A DNA stretch of 64,000 nt from an uncultured Acetatifactor sp. (GTDB lineage Bacteria > Bacillota > Clostridia > Lachnospirales > Lachnospiraceae). A model generated the notes under the pieces. That model was not told where the DNA came from and searched no databases. It saw nothing but the letters and a program-made list of their open reading frames with translations. A program made the position numbers and the translations under genes. The stretch is from NCBI GenBank assembly GCA_910578995.1, contig CAJTSY010000007.1:7194-71193 (forward strand), in the 5' to 3' direction. The first letter of the stretch is position 1, and each line of letters begins with the position of its first letter. Shown here one piece after another: positions 16,829 to 26,815 of this stretch.

Positions 16829-18808
16829 TCAAGTCCCTTTATTTTCTATTATCTTTGCCCTGCTTTCCGTTATGTCCTGGGCAACATATACCACGGTTTT
16901 CGGCATGTCGTCCTCCCCGCACTGGCCGAGGATGGCCGTGGCCAGTATCCAACGACAGTTTTCCGAACCGGTGTCAGGAGCCGCGGGCAGCTGGCGGTAG
17001 GTGAAGGTGACATTTCGGTTCCACTGGCGCAGGGTCTGATACCAGTTTTCTATATTCATTACGCGCAGGTATTCCTCCCGGTCCTCGGGATGGATGAAGT
17101 TCTCCGCATAGATCCGCAGGGCCGCGGTGCAGTTTACCTCGCTGCCCAGGGGATCTCCCATGCTGTTTAACTGTGTCACGGCGCGAAAGGTATTGTGTGC
17201 CAGGTCCACGTAGTAGGCTGAGAAGAACAGGCTGTTCATGCAGCTGATAATGTAATTGCGTTCCTGCTGCTCCCGGAGCTTTTTTTCCTCCTGGCGTTTC
17301 TCGGCTGTGATGTCCTGGCCCAGGAGGCTGACTTTCACGCCGTCTTCCTTCCTGCTGTAGATAATGTGCTGTTCGATCCAGTGGACGGGCTCTCCTTTCA
17401 GGCGGTACTGGCAGATTTCCTCGGAATAGCTTTCCGTCTCGGCAGCTTTTTCTCTGAGATGGTCCAGGGACATGAGTGTATAATATTTTACCGCGTCATC
17501 CGGATGGACATGATTGTACAGGGCCTGCTGCATGTGGTATTCATAAATGCCCACAAGGGGACTGGGCTGGTCATTCTCGTCATCGAGGCTGATCCGCTCG
17601 CACTGTCCGCTGTCCAGGTGCACCGTGTCCATTTTAGTGTAACGGGATTTGAAGATATCCGCCATCTGCATATCCCACTGACTGTGGACCAGTTCCCGCC
17701 GCACGCGCTCATCCACATCCTGAAAAGCCACGATTCCATGAAAATTGCCGTTCTCCTTCCGCTCGCAGTAGGCGGTCACGGAAATGTAGCGGTATGTCTT
17801 GCCCGCCTGCCACTGGCAGAGAAGGTCATTCTTCCGCACTCCCGTGGAGTTGGCCTGCCTCAGGCCCTCCAGGGAAAACTTGTGTTCAAAGGCCCGCTGG
17901 TAGGCGGTGTGGAGCAGGGGGTGAATCTGTGAATGAACCAGATCATCCCAGTTGGGAAGCGGGGAGGATGATCCGCTCTGGAAGCTGCCGTCCACCAGGA
18001 CGGGCACCACCGTGCCGTGTCCAAGGTCCACGTCGTAGATGCGGAAGCACTGTTCCCCCACAGTGCGCAGGATATCCTGGTTGTGGGCAACGATCTCCTG
18101 GCGCTCCAGACCTTCGTGCATGGCATCGTGGATATCCAGGACACAAAAGATTACCATGCGGTTGTCTTCACTGTAGTCAAAACACTTTACCACTTCCATC
18201 AGCTTCCAACGGAAATCACCCATCCACCTGCGCCGGTAGATGCATGTAACCTTCCGCTTGTCAGACTGCAGGACTCTCTTCAGGCGCTCCGGCCGGATAA
18301 AGGAGATGAAGCGTTCCGCATCGTCCGGATGAATAGCGCCGCTTTCGGCGAAAAGCTCGAGCTGAAGAGAAAAATTTTCCGTATTTTTGCCGTCCAGCAG
18401 GGAATCAGGTTCTATTTTCAGAACCTCGTAGCAGTCCAAGTCAAGGTTCACACGCAGAATTTTGCGGTAAGTATAGCCGGCGTTTTCCAGGCGGGGCGTG
18501 ACTGACACTACAAAGGCAGGCGTGTCGCCCTTCCAGAGGATTCTGGTGGCAACCATGTCTACCACGCCCCCGAAAGTAGGGTTGTAGCAGATGGACCTGC
18601 CTTCCTGGCGGTTGGTTATGGTGAGAAGGGGACAGTTCACACAGGAACCCGTCCAGACCTCATGGCATGTCATCCCGATGCGGACCTGGGGAGAAACCAT
18701 ATGTACCCGTCTGTTGTAATACAGTATGTGATGATTATCCTCCCGAATGACATAGACGGCAGTTTCCGGCATGGCATTCAGGATCTGTTCGCAATCTTTA
18801 CTTTCCAA
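16829..18808 (-). CDS. Multi-PAS sensor protein without an output domain (659 aa)
   Basis: TTG start with GGAGG 8 nt upstream. N-terminal Cys-rich PAS (CHEVWTGSCVNCPL), followed by four degenerate PAS-like repeats, each containing an HP(D/E)D motif. No HisKA, HATPase, GGDEF or EAL motifs. Confidence 0.8.
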   Translation of the reverse strand: MESKDCEQILNAMPETAVYVIREDNHHILYYNRRVHMVSPQVRIGMTCHEVWTGSCVNCPLLTITNRQEGRSICYNPTFGGVVDMVATRILWKGDTPAFVVSVTPRLENAGYTYRKILRVNLDLDCYEVLKIEPDSLLDGKNTENFSLQLELFAESGAIHPDDAERFISFIRPERLKRVLQSDKRKVTCIYRRRWMGDFRWKLMEVVKCFDYSEDNRMVIFCVLDIHDAMHEGLERQEIVAHNQDILRTVGEQCFRIYDVDLGHGTVVPVLVDGSFQSGSSSPLPNWDDLVHSQIHPLLHTAYQRAFEHKFSLEGLRQANSTGVRKNDLLCQWQAGKTYRYISVTAYCERKENGNFHGIVAFQDVDERVRRELVHSQWDMQMADIFKSRYTKMDTVHLDSGQCERISLDDENDQPSPLVGIYEYHMQQALYNHVHPDDAVKYYTLMSLDHLREKAAETESYSEEICQYRLKGEPVHWIEQHIIYSRKEDGVKVSLLGQDITAEKRQEEKKLREQQERNYIISCMNSLFFSAYYVDLAHNTFRAVTQLNSMGDPLGSEVNCTAALRIYAENFIHPEDREEYLRVMNIENWYQTLRQWNRNVTFTYRQLPAAPDTGSENCRWILATAILGQCGEDDMPKTVVYVAQDITESRAKIIENKGT

Positions 18809-18920
18809 ATCCTTTTCCTCCGAAATTCATATGGAAATAATTATTATGAAAATAAAATCTATATGGATATAAATTTATGTGGACACAAATTGGAATTCTG
18901 TGCTGCCCCAATTTGGTTGT

Positions 18921-18958
18921 AGTAAAAAAACCGTCCTGAACTTGCAGAAAACGGTTTT
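18921..18958 (-). terminator. Rho-independent terminator downstream of tRNA-Pro
   Basis: The minus strand reads gaaaaccgttttctgcaagttcaggacggttttttt. Confidence 0.7.
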
Positions 18959-19054
18959 CACTCAGTCTGTATTCATAGATAATGGGAAAGCAAACCATGG
19001 AAACTGTTAGCCTTCGCGAAAAATCCTCCCACTGGTAAGCTGACAGGAAAATAC

Positions 19055-19128
19055 TCGGCGCGACAGGATTCGAACCTGCGACCTCGGCGTCCCGAACGCC
19101 GCGCTCTACCAAGCTGAGCCACGCGCCG
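19055..19128 (-). tRNA. tRNA-Pro (anticodon CGG)
   Basis: The reverse complement folds as CGGCGCG TG GCTC AGCTTGGTA GAGC G CGGCG TTCGGGA CGCCG AGGTC GCAGG TTCGAAT CCTGT CGCGCCG A. Confidence 0.9.
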
Positions 19129-19166
19129 CTGATCATACAAAGAAGGTATGATAACCGCTAGACATT

Positions 19167-19196
19167 ATAGTATCATAAAAAAAGTCGGACTGTCAA
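19167..19196 (-). promoter_or_regulatory. Putative promoter for tRNA-Pro (TTGACA-N18-TACTAT with a TG extension)
   Basis: The minus strand reads cttgacagtccgactttttttatgatactataatg. Confidence 0.5.
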
Positions 19197-19347
19197 GTAT
19201 TAAAAGAAGATTTTCTGCCAATTTTCTGCCAATTGATTCTCTTGTAATTGAAAAAGGACAGGGGGTGTGATAGGATACAGGGAAAGGAATGTAGCAGGAA
19301 CGGAACAGGAACGGAGCAGGAATGAAACAGGAAAAAGGAGAGACAGA

Positions 19348-20550
19348 ATGAGTCTGGCAGAAGTGACATTGAAAAAAGGGGAGGGACGCACCCTGAAGGC
19401 AGGCGGCGCGTGGGTATATGACAACGAAATAGCGTCCATAGAGGGAGAATTTGAGGAGGGGGACATTGTGGCCGTCCATGATTTTGACGGTTATTGTATG
19501 GGACAGGGATATCTCAACACCAGGTCCAGGATCGCGGTGCGGCTTCTCTCCCGCAGGAAGGACGTGGTGATAGACGCGGCCTTTATGGAACAGCGCGTCC
19601 GGGATGCCTGGGCGTACCGCAGACAGGCTGTTGACACTTCCTGCTGCCGGGTGATTTTCGGGGAGGCGGATTTTCTGCCGGGTATCGTGGTGGACAAATT
19701 TTCCGACGTACTGGTGGTGGAGTCCCTGGCTCTGGGAATCGACCGGTGGAAGGGCGTCATCGTGGAAGCCCTGAAGAAAATCCTGGCGGAGGACGGCATT
19801 TTTATCCGGGGGGTCTATGAGCGGAGCGACGCCAAAGTACGCCAACAGGAGGGCATGGAGCGGGTAAAGGGCTTCATAGGGGAGCCCTTCGACACGAAGG
19901 TGGAAATCCTGGAAAACGGCGTGCGCTATCTGGTGGATGTGGAGGAGGGGCAGAAGACGGGATTTTTCCTGGACCAGAAGAACAACCGGGCGGCCATCCG
20001 GCGGTTCTGCAGGGATGCCAGGGTACTGGACTGTTTTACCCACACGGGATCCTTTGCGCTGAATGCGGGAATGGCCGGGGCGGCGGAGGTCCTGGGGGTG
20101 GACGCTTCCCAGACGGCGGTGGATCAGGCCAGGGAGAACGCGGCGCTGAATCATCTGGAGGACAGGGTGCGGTTCCAGTGCGCGGATGTATTTGAGCTGC
20201 TTCCGGAACTGGAGAGGGCAGGGGAAAAGTACGACGTGGTGATCCTGGATCCCCCGGCATTCACAAAGTCACGTAATTCCGTCAAAAATGCGGTGAAGGG
20301 TTACAGGGAGATCAATCTGCGGGGGATGAAGTTGGTTCGGGACGGAGGATACCTGGCTACCTGTTCCTGCTCGCACTTTATGGAGCCGGAGCTGTTTGCG
20401 AAGACCATCAGGGAGGCAGCGGCGGGGGCCAGAAAGCGGCTGCGCCAGGTGGAATTCAGGACCCAGGGGCCGGACCATCCCATTCTCTGGGCGGCGGACC
20501 AGACATATTACCTCAAATTCTACATTTTCCAGGTTTGTGAGGAGAGGTGA
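19348..20550 (+). CDS. Class I SAM-dependent rRNA (cytosine-C5) methyltransferase, RlmI-like (PUA plus MTase)
   Basis: AAGGAG RBS before ATG 19348. N-terminus VTLKKGEGRTLKAGGAWVYDNEI (PUA-like). MTase motif VLDCFTHTGSFALNA...VILDPPAF. Confidence 0.85.
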   Translation: MSLAEVTLKKGEGRTLKAGGAWVYDNEIASIEGEFEEGDIVAVHDFDGYCMGQGYLNTRSRIAVRLLSRRKDVVIDAAFMEQRVRDAWAYRRQAVDTSCCRVIFGEADFLPGIVVDKFSDVLVVESLALGIDRWKGVIVEALKKILAEDGIFIRGVYERSDAKVRQQEGMERVKGFIGEPFDTKVEILENGVRYLVDVEEGQKTGFFLDQKNNRAAIRRFCRDARVLDCFTHTGSFALNAGMAGAAEVLGVDASQTAVDQARENAALNHLEDRVRFQCADVFELLPELERAGEKYDVVILDPPAFTKSRNSVKNAVKGYREINLRGMKLVRDGGYLATCSCSHFMEPELFAKTIREAAAGARKRLRQVEFRTQGPDHPILWAADQTYYLKFYIFQVCEER

Positions 20551-20710
20551 TATTTTGAGTATCATTTGGTTTGAGGAATATGAGAAAGCGGCTGAAAAGC
20601 TGATAGAGGAAATACGGCTTTGCGAGAAGCCCGGAATATAAGAAGATTGGAACATAATCCGCAGTTCTGTGACAATTTTTACTTTGGACAATAAAAAGGG
20701 GGTATCTGGG

Positions 20711-21421
20711 ATGGCTTCATTCATTCAAAAGAAAGGAAAGAAATTTGTAGTATTAATAGTCGTTGCTGCCATTGTAGTCATTGCTCTGGGAATATTTTAT
20801 AAAGGCTATTCAAGTGCCAAAGAGAAATATGAAGCGACGATCAAGCAGTTGGAAGAGGAGGTCAATAGGCTTTCAGAACCGGTGGCCGTTTATGAGGAGG
20901 CCGCCCAGGAGATAGACATCGCCGTGATAAATGCGGAAATTCGTGATATCGGCGAGCTTGCCACAATAGAATATCTATACACGGATGCCGGAAAATTTGA
21001 GGATCCCGCAGAGCTGTTCGGAAAAGAAATCCCGTTTTCTTTTACCACGAAGTCCTTTATCGCAAAATGGGACGGCTCCATCAAGGCAGGGGTGGACATC
21101 AGCAGGGTCACGGCGGAAGTAAATGAGACGGAAAAGGAGATAGTGGTACATATTCCCAAAGCAGAAATCCTCTCTCATGTGGTAGATGACGAGAGCATTG
21201 AAACCCTTGACGAGAAAGACGGCCTGTTCAATAAGCTAAAGATTGAAGATATCAGAGCATTTGATGCCAATAGTAAGGACGCTATGGAGAGGCGGGCGAT
21301 TGAAAACGGACTTTTAGAAAAGGCTCTGGAAAACGCAAAGGCAATTATCTACAAATTGATAGATAACGATATAGTGAAAGAATTGGGATATAATATTACG
21401 TTTGAGGTGATTGAGGAATAA
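20711..21421 (+). CDS. DUF4230-like membrane-anchored protein
   Basis: ATG 20711 preceded by AAAGGGGG. N-terminal TM VVLIVVAAIVVIALGIF. IGELATIEYLYTD...KWDGSIKAGVDIS is the pattern I associate with DUF4230. Confidence 0.7.
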   Translation: MASFIQKKGKKFVVLIVVAAIVVIALGIFYKGYSSAKEKYEATIKQLEEEVNRLSEPVAVYEEAAQEIDIAVINAEIRDIGELATIEYLYTDAGKFEDPAELFGKEIPFSFTTKSFIAKWDGSIKAGVDISRVTAEVNETEKEIVVHIPKAEILSHVVDDESIETLDEKDGLFNKLKIEDIRAFDANSKDAMERRAIENGLLEKALENAKAIIYKLIDNDIVKELGYNITFEVIEE

Positions 21422-21538
21422 ACAAAAGAGGCTGCAAAATAACAGAAACTTTAACCTATGTTGAGTAGAGCAGCAGGGCTATCGTGGTGGGGGAATAGAT
21501 ATTTCTTAATGAAATAAAAAGGAATGACTCGATTTTCC

Positions 21539-21568
21539 TTGACAAACCCTTATGGCCTGTTCTATAAT
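21539..21568 (+). promoter_or_regulatory. Sigma-A promoter of the proS leader (TTGACA-N18-TATAAT)
   Basis: Read directly in the sequence. Confidence 0.7.
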
Positions 21569-21574
21569 CCCTAC

Positions 21575-21869
21575 ATAGAAAAGTGGCTGTGAAGAGGATT
21601 AGTACAGATTCGGATGCATTTCAGAGAGAGAACGGGGGAGCTGCCGATATGGAAGGCAGGGGCGGCTGCGGCTGAAAGGTTCTTATGCGGAAGATCTGGA
21701 ACCTGCCTTGGAGCTATCATGCGAGGGAACCGTCCGGGGCTGCAGACGCAGGCGGCGACGAAAGTGTGGCGCAGGCCTGCGTTACGGGCACAGGAGACGG
21801 ACGCATGGCGTCAATTTGGGTGGTACCGCCGGATTTCCGGTCCCTTTGGGGATGGAAATCCGGCTTTTT
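21575..21869 (+). promoter_or_regulatory. T-box riboswitch leader (proline-specific by context) with a terminator/antiterminator
   Basis: AGAGA box at 21622. T-box sequence caatttgggtggtaccgcc at 21812-21830. Terminator ccggatttcc...ggaaatccgg plus T5 at 21829-21869. Lies directly upstream of proS. Confidence 0.85.
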
Positions 21870-21927
21870 CGTATTACGAAAAGGCTGGATGGGAATGCTG
21901 CGGAACTTTTAATAGGGAGGAAAGAAA

Positions 21928-23361
21928 ATGGCAGACAAGAAAATGGTAGAAGAAATCACTTCCATGGAGGTGGATTTCGCGCAATGGTACACGGACGTAG
22001 TAAAGAAGGCAGAACTGATTGATTATACTTCCGTAAAGGGATGCATGGTAATCAAGCCTGCGGGTTATGCGATCTGGGAATTGATCCAGAAGCAGCTGGA
22101 CGCCCGTTTCAAGGAGACAGGGGTGGAGAACGTATACCTGCCCATGTTCATCCCTGAGTCCCTGCTCCAGAAGGAGAAGGACCATGTGGAAGGATTCGCG
22201 CCGGAGGTGGCATGGGTGACCCACGGCGGTCTTGCGCCCCTGCAGGAAAGGCTCTGTGTGAGGCCTACATCAGAAACACTTTTCTGTGATTTTTATAAAA
22301 ATGACATACATTCCTACAGGGACCTGCCCAGGGTGTACAACCAGTGGTGCTCGGTGGTGCGTTGGGAGAAGGAGACCAGGCCCTTCCTGCGCTCCCGGGA
22401 ATTCCTCTGGCAGGAGGGCCACACCGCCCACGCCACGGAGGAGGAGGCCCAGGAGAGGACCATTCAGATGCTGAACGTGTATGCGGACTTCTGCGAGGAA
22501 GTACTCGCCATACCGGTGATAAAAGGACGCAAGACCGACAAGGAGAAATTTGCCGGAGCCATAGCCACTTACACCATCGAGGCGCTGATGCACGACGGCA
22601 AGGCTCTGCAGTCCGGCACCAGTCACAATTTCGGGGACGGCTTCGCCAAAGCCTTCGGCATCCAGTTCGCCGATAAGGACAACACCCTGAAATACGTGCA
22701 CCAGACCTCCTGGGGAATGACCACCCGGCTCATCGGGGCCATCATTATGGTGCATGGCGACAATGAGGGCCTGGTGCTTCCGCCCAGGGTTGCGCCTGTC
22801 CAGATCTGTATCGTGCCCATCCAGCAGAAGAAGGAGGGGGTATTGGAGAAAGCTTACGAGCTCCGTGACAGGCTGAAAGGCGGTTTCCGGGTGAAGGTGG
22901 ACGACACGGACAAGAGTCCGGGATGGAAGTTTGCGGAGGCGGAGATGCGCGGGTATCCCATCCGCGTGGAGATCGGACCCAAGGATCTGGCGGCGGGAAA
23001 ATGCGTGCTCTGCCGCAGGGACACCAGGGAAAAGATAGAAGTAAACCTGGAGGAGCTGGAGGCAAAGGCAGGCGAACTGCTGGAAACCATCCAGAGGGAA
23101 ATGCTGGAGCGGGCCAGAGCTCACAGGGACGCCCATACCTACACGGCCGCCGGCATGGAAGAGTTTGAGAAGATATTTAACGAAAAAGCGGGGTTCGTGA
23201 AAGCCATGTGGTGCGGGGACGAGAACTGTGAGGTACAGATCAAGGAGCGCTTAAGCGTCACCAGCCGCTGCATGCCCTTTGCCCAGGAGCATATTTCGGA
23301 TACCTGCGTGTGCTGCGGAAAGCCTGCGAAGAAAATGGTGTACTGGGGACGGGCATATTAA
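21928..23361 (+). CDS. proS: Proline--tRNA ligase (short archaeal/eukaryote-like type, no INS editing domain)
   Basis: N-terminus [33 protein letters not shown]. Class II motifs. C-terminal Zn-type [18 protein letters not shown] ending in Tyr. Confidence 0.95.
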   Translation: MADKKMVEEITSMEVDFAQWYTDVVKKAELIDYTSVKGCMVIKPAGYAIWELIQKQLDARFKETGVENVYLPMFIPESLLQKEKDHVEGFAPEVAWVTHGGLAPLQERLCVRPTSETLFCDFYKNDIHSYRDLPRVYNQWCSVVRWEKETRPFLRSREFLWQEGHTAHATEEEAQERTIQMLNVYADFCEEVLAIPVIKGRKTDKEKFAGAIATYTIEALMHDGKALQSGTSHNFGDGFAKAFGIQFADKDNTLKYVHQTSWGMTTRLIGAIIMVHGDNEGLVLPPRVAPVQICIVPIQQKKEGVLEKAYELRDRLKGGFRVKVDDTDKSPGWKFAEAEMRGYPIRVEIGPKDLAAGKCVLCRRDTREKIEVNLEELEAKAGELLETIQREMLERARAHRDAHTYTAAGMEEFEKIFNEKAGFVKAMWCGDENCEVQIKERLSVTSRCMPFAQEHISDTCVCCGKPAKKMVYWGRAY

Positions 23362-23384
23362 GACGACGGAAAGGATTTGCGGAG

Positions 23385-24368
23385 TTGGATTATATTGTAT
23401 TTGACCTGGAATGGAATCAGGGGGGCGCCGGTGAGGAGGAAGGGCCTGCCGGCCTGCCTTTTGAGATCATTGAGATAGGCGCCGTAAAATTGAATGACCA
23501 GGGTACCAGAACCGGTGAGTTCAGCCAGCTGGTAAAGCCGGCAGTTTACCGCCAGATGAACCAGGTTACCGGCAGGCTGCTGCACCTGCAGATGCAGGAA
23601 CTGGAGAATGGGATTCCCTTTGTCCAGGCGGCGGGACAGTTTCTGGAATGGTGTGGGGAGGAGCGCAGATTCTGCACCTGGGGAAGTGCGGACCTGACGG
23701 AGCTGCAGCGCAACATGAAATACTATGGCATGGAGCCTCTTGCCGGGGGGCCCATTGTCTATCTGGACGTGCAGAAACTTTTCAGCATTGCCTTTGAGGA
23801 CGGAAAATCCAGAAAGGCCCTGGAACATGCCGTGGATTTCCTTCAGATGGACAAGGATATTCCCTTTCACAGGGCTTTCAGCGATGCGCATTATACCGCA
23901 AAGGTTCTGGCATGTGTTATGAGGGAGAAGCCTCAGACCCTGGAAAAAGTGTCCTTTGATGTATTCCACCCTCCGATAGACAGGAAGTCGGAGATAAAAA
24001 TACGCTTTGACACTTATGAAAAATATATTTCCAGGGAATTTTCCGGCAAGACGCAGGCTTTTGCGGACAGGGAGGTGGCCGCAAGCAAATGTTATCTCTG
24101 CTGCCGCAATCTCCGTAAAAAGATCAGATGGTTTTCACACAACGGGAAAAATTATTATTGTCTGGCCTACTGTGAGAAACACGGATACCTGAAAGGGAAG
24201 ATCAGAGTCCGCAAATCCGCGGAGGACAAGGTATACATTGTCAAAACTACCAAACTGATTTCCCCGGAAGAGGCAGCCATGCTGAAAAAGCGCAGTGAGC
24301 ATGCGCGGAAGGAGTTCCGGTTTGGCGGAGGGAAGGATGAGAGGCATAAGGAAGCGCCGGGAAATTAG
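23385..24368 (+). CDS. DnaQ-like 3'-5' exonuclease (KapD-like) with a Cys-rich C-terminal region
   Basis: ExoI motif IVFDLEWN. HRAFSDAHYTA (ExoIII-type His). The start is uncertain: TTG 23385 lies after the proS stop with an AAAGGA RBS, while the ATG at 23310 would overlap proS by 52 nt. The 3' end overlaps the convergent gene by 4 nt. Confidence 0.75.
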   Translation: MDYIVFDLEWNQGGAGEEEGPAGLPFEIIEIGAVKLNDQGTRTGEFSQLVKPAVYRQMNQVTGRLLHLQMQELENGIPFVQAAGQFLEWCGEERRFCTWGSADLTELQRNMKYYGMEPLAGGPIVYLDVQKLFSIAFEDGKSRKALEHAVDFLQMDKDIPFHRAFSDAHYTAKVLACVMREKPQTLEKVSFDVFHPPIDRKSEIKIRFDTYEKYISREFSGKTQAFADREVAASKCYLCCRNLRKKIRWFSHNGKNYYCLAYCEKHGYLKGKIRVRKSAEDKVYIVKTTKLISPEEAAMLKKRSEHARKEFRFGGGKDERHKEAPGN

Positions 24369-25846
24369 AACTCAAGATCCCGGTACCCGCCGGATTTCCT
24401 GTTCTTTCCGCGCCTCCTGTTTCTCCGCCGTCTCCGCTCCTTTTTACTGTCCCTGTTTTTCCGGCCCCCAAACTGGTAATTCTTCAGGATGGAGCGGATC
24501 AGCAGCCAGATCAGTATGATTCCGGCCAGGATGCCGGCTCCTGTCAGCAGAAATGTTATGTTTACAAAGATCACAGGCCTGCCGTCAACCCCCTGAACCG
24601 GGGTGGGGATGTCTTCCGGGGTGGTGTCGAAGAGGCTGTCCCCTTCCGGCTGCGCGGAAAAATGAACCCTTGCGGAGCCGATTGGAATCCCCTGATAGGT
24701 ATAGGATATGACCGCAGCCTGGTTTTCGTCCCCTGTGTCATAGGAAATGGAGGATTCAACATCCTCGAAGGAAGCCGTCCTGGGGAGAAGGACAAAATCG
24801 TCCCTGTCCAGGGACAGGAAGGGACGGGAGCTGCCGAACAGGTCGTTTCCGCTGTAGAACAGGCCCGTGTCGTCGATATTATACCTGGTTTCGGACTTGG
24901 ATACGTTCCTTTTCTCAAAATTGGAGAATCCGTACTCAAACAGGGAGATGGTGTCCTGATACTGGTAGGGAGATTCGTCGTGCATTACCACGCAGATAAG
25001 CTTCATGCCGTCCTTTTCCGCACAGGATACCAGACAGCTTCTGGCGATATCCGTGTAACCGGTCTTGCAGCCCACCAGATATTCATAGGCGTATTCCCCG
25101 CCGGGGATGATCTTCATATTATTGTTTTCCAGTTTGCCCAGGGGGAGCTTTTCCGTGGGGGGAAAGTCAATTCTCCGGGACAGGGTGATCTTGCAGAGCA
25201 TCTCGTTGGCGAAGAAAGCCCTGCCGATCATGGCCAGGTCGTATGCGGTGGTGTAATGATTCTCATCCGGCAGGCCGTTGGGGTTGACGAAATGGGAATT
25301 CAGGGCGCCCAGTTCCGCGGCTCTTTCGTTCATGATGCCGGCAAATACCTGCCAGTCCGTGGTCTGTGTGATATGTTCCGCCACGGCATAGCAGACTTCG
25401 TTGGCGGAGCGGATCAGAATGGCGTTCAGGCTCTGCTCCATGGTCAGTTCCTCCCCGGGGTTCATGGCGATATGGCTGCTGTCATAAGGCGTGTCAAAGA
25501 CGGCGTCATGGGAAAAGGTGACAATCTCGTCCATTTCGCACCGCTCCGAGGCGATCAGCGCCGTGAGGATTTTGGTGGTGCTGGCCGGGTACTGGCGCTG
25601 GTGGATATTTTTGGAGTAGAGGATGGCGCCGGTCTCGATTTCCATCAGGATGGCGGACTCGGCCCCGACCACCGGGCCGTTGGGCCAGCCGGGAATTTCG
25701 TTGGACTGGATCTCCATGGCCCGGTGGGTTTCAAGCAGCAGCTCGGCCTGGGAGGAGGCGCCTGCCGGTGCACAGGGCAGCAGAAGGCCGCAGCAGAGGG
25801 CGGCAGCGAGTCTGTATATCAATCCTTTTTTCGTCTTTTTCATCAT
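24365..25846 (-). CDS. D-alanyl-D-alanine carboxypeptidase (peptidase S11, PBP5-type) with a C-terminal TM and basic tail
   Basis: Signal peptide. SxxK (ASTTK), SxN (SAN) and KTG (CKTGYT) motifs. Confidence 0.9.
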   Translation of the reverse strand: MMKKTKKGLIYRLAAALCCGLLLPCAPAGASSQAELLLETHRAMEIQSNEIPGWPNGPVVGAESAILMEIETGAILYSKNIHQRQYPASTTKILTALIASERCEMDEIVTFSHDAVFDTPYDSSHIAMNPGEELTMEQSLNAILIRSANEVCYAVAEHITQTTDWQVFAGIMNERAAELGALNSHFVNPNGLPDENHYTTAYDLAMIGRAFFANEMLCKITLSRRIDFPPTEKLPLGKLENNNMKIIPGGEYAYEYLVGCKTGYTDIARSCLVSCAEKDGMKLICVVMHDESPYQYQDTISLFEYGFSNFEKRNVSKSETRYNIDDTGLFYSGNDLFGSSRPFLSLDRDDFVLLPRTASFEDVESSISYDTGDENQAAVISYTYQGIPIGSARVHFSAQPEGDSLFDTTPEDIPTPVQGVDGRPVIFVNITFLLTGAGILAGIILIWLLIRSILKNYQFGGRKNRDSKKERRRRRNRRRGKNRKSGGYRDLEF

Positions 25847-25937
25847 AGGATAACCTCACACTGATAGATTATGGGAATGATCCCGCTCCTATTATACACC
25901 ATTTGGGAAAAAAACCATAGCAGCTTTTATTCTTGGA

Positions 25938-25966
25938 TTGACAAGTCTGCGAAATTAAAGTACAGT
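25938..25966 (+). promoter_or_regulatory. Putative promoter of trmB (TTGACA-N17-TACAGT)
   Basis: Read directly in the sequence. Confidence 0.45.
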
Positions 25967-26017
25967 TAATACAGAATCCGCAGACATGCGGCAGAACCCC
26001 AGACTGTCAGAAAGCAA

Positions 26018-26707
26018 GTGGAGAAGATGAGATTACGCAACATTACAGGTTCGAGGGAGGTGATTTCACTAAGCCCTTATGTAATAAAAGAGGAGATGCA
26101 GCCGGAGTGTCCGGGCAGGTGGAAGGAGATTTTCGGAAACGGGAATCCTGTCCACATTGAAGTGGGTATGGGAAAGGGAAAATTTGTCCATACTATGGCC
26201 AGGATGCATCCGGAAATCAATTACGTGGGCATAGAAAAATATTCCAGCGTTCTGCTGAGGGCTGTCCGGAAGATGGAACGGGAGGAGCTTCCCAATCTGA
26301 AATTCCTGCGGATGGACGCGGAGAAGATCACGGAAGTGTTCGGCCGGGGGGAAGTGGAGAGGATCTACCTGAATTTCTCGGATCCCTGGCCCAAGGACAG
26401 GCATGCCAAACGCAGGCTGCCCTCCAGGGAATTTCTGGCGCGCTTTGCCCGGATCCTGAAAGCGGGCGGCAGACTGGAATTCAAGACGGACAACATGGAT
26501 CTGTTCAGCTTTGCGCTGGGGGAACTGGAACCGGCAGGTTGGACATGTCTGGCATCCACCCGGGATCTCCACAGCGATCCGGAGATGATGCAGGGAAATG
26601 TCATGACGGAATATGAGGAGAAGTTTTCTTCCATGGGTAATCCCATCTGTAAATATGTCATAGAAAAGGCTGGGACAGCCCGCGAAGAAACCGCATATGC
26701 GGATTAA
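26018..26707 (+). CDS. trmB: tRNA (guanine46-N7)-methyltransferase
   Basis: IHIEVGMGKGKF...YVGIE...FSDPWPK.RH.KRRL motif set. The start is either GTG 26018 or ATG 26027. Confidence 0.9.
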   Translation: MEKMRLRNITGSREVISLSPYVIKEEMQPECPGRWKEIFGNGNPVHIEVGMGKGKFVHTMARMHPEINYVGIEKYSSVLLRAVRKMEREELPNLKFLRMDAEKITEVFGRGEVERIYLNFSDPWPKDRHAKRRLPSREFLARFARILKAGGRLEFKTDNMDLFSFALGELEPAGWTCLASTRDLHSDPEMMQGNVMTEYEEKFSSMGNPICKYVIEKAGTAREETAYAD

Positions 26708-26815
26708 TGGAGCTTTCTGCGGTATGTTGACGCGGAGAACACGGGAGAAGGCAGGTCCGGGGCGCCGGGGACTGCCGCCAATTTAAAAAGAAACGGCGCA
26801 GAAAAGAGGTAAAAT

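Noticed and set aside
18798-19136. 112-aa minus-strand ORF.
   Set aside because: It runs straight through the tRNA-Pro gene and its terminator, so it is spurious.
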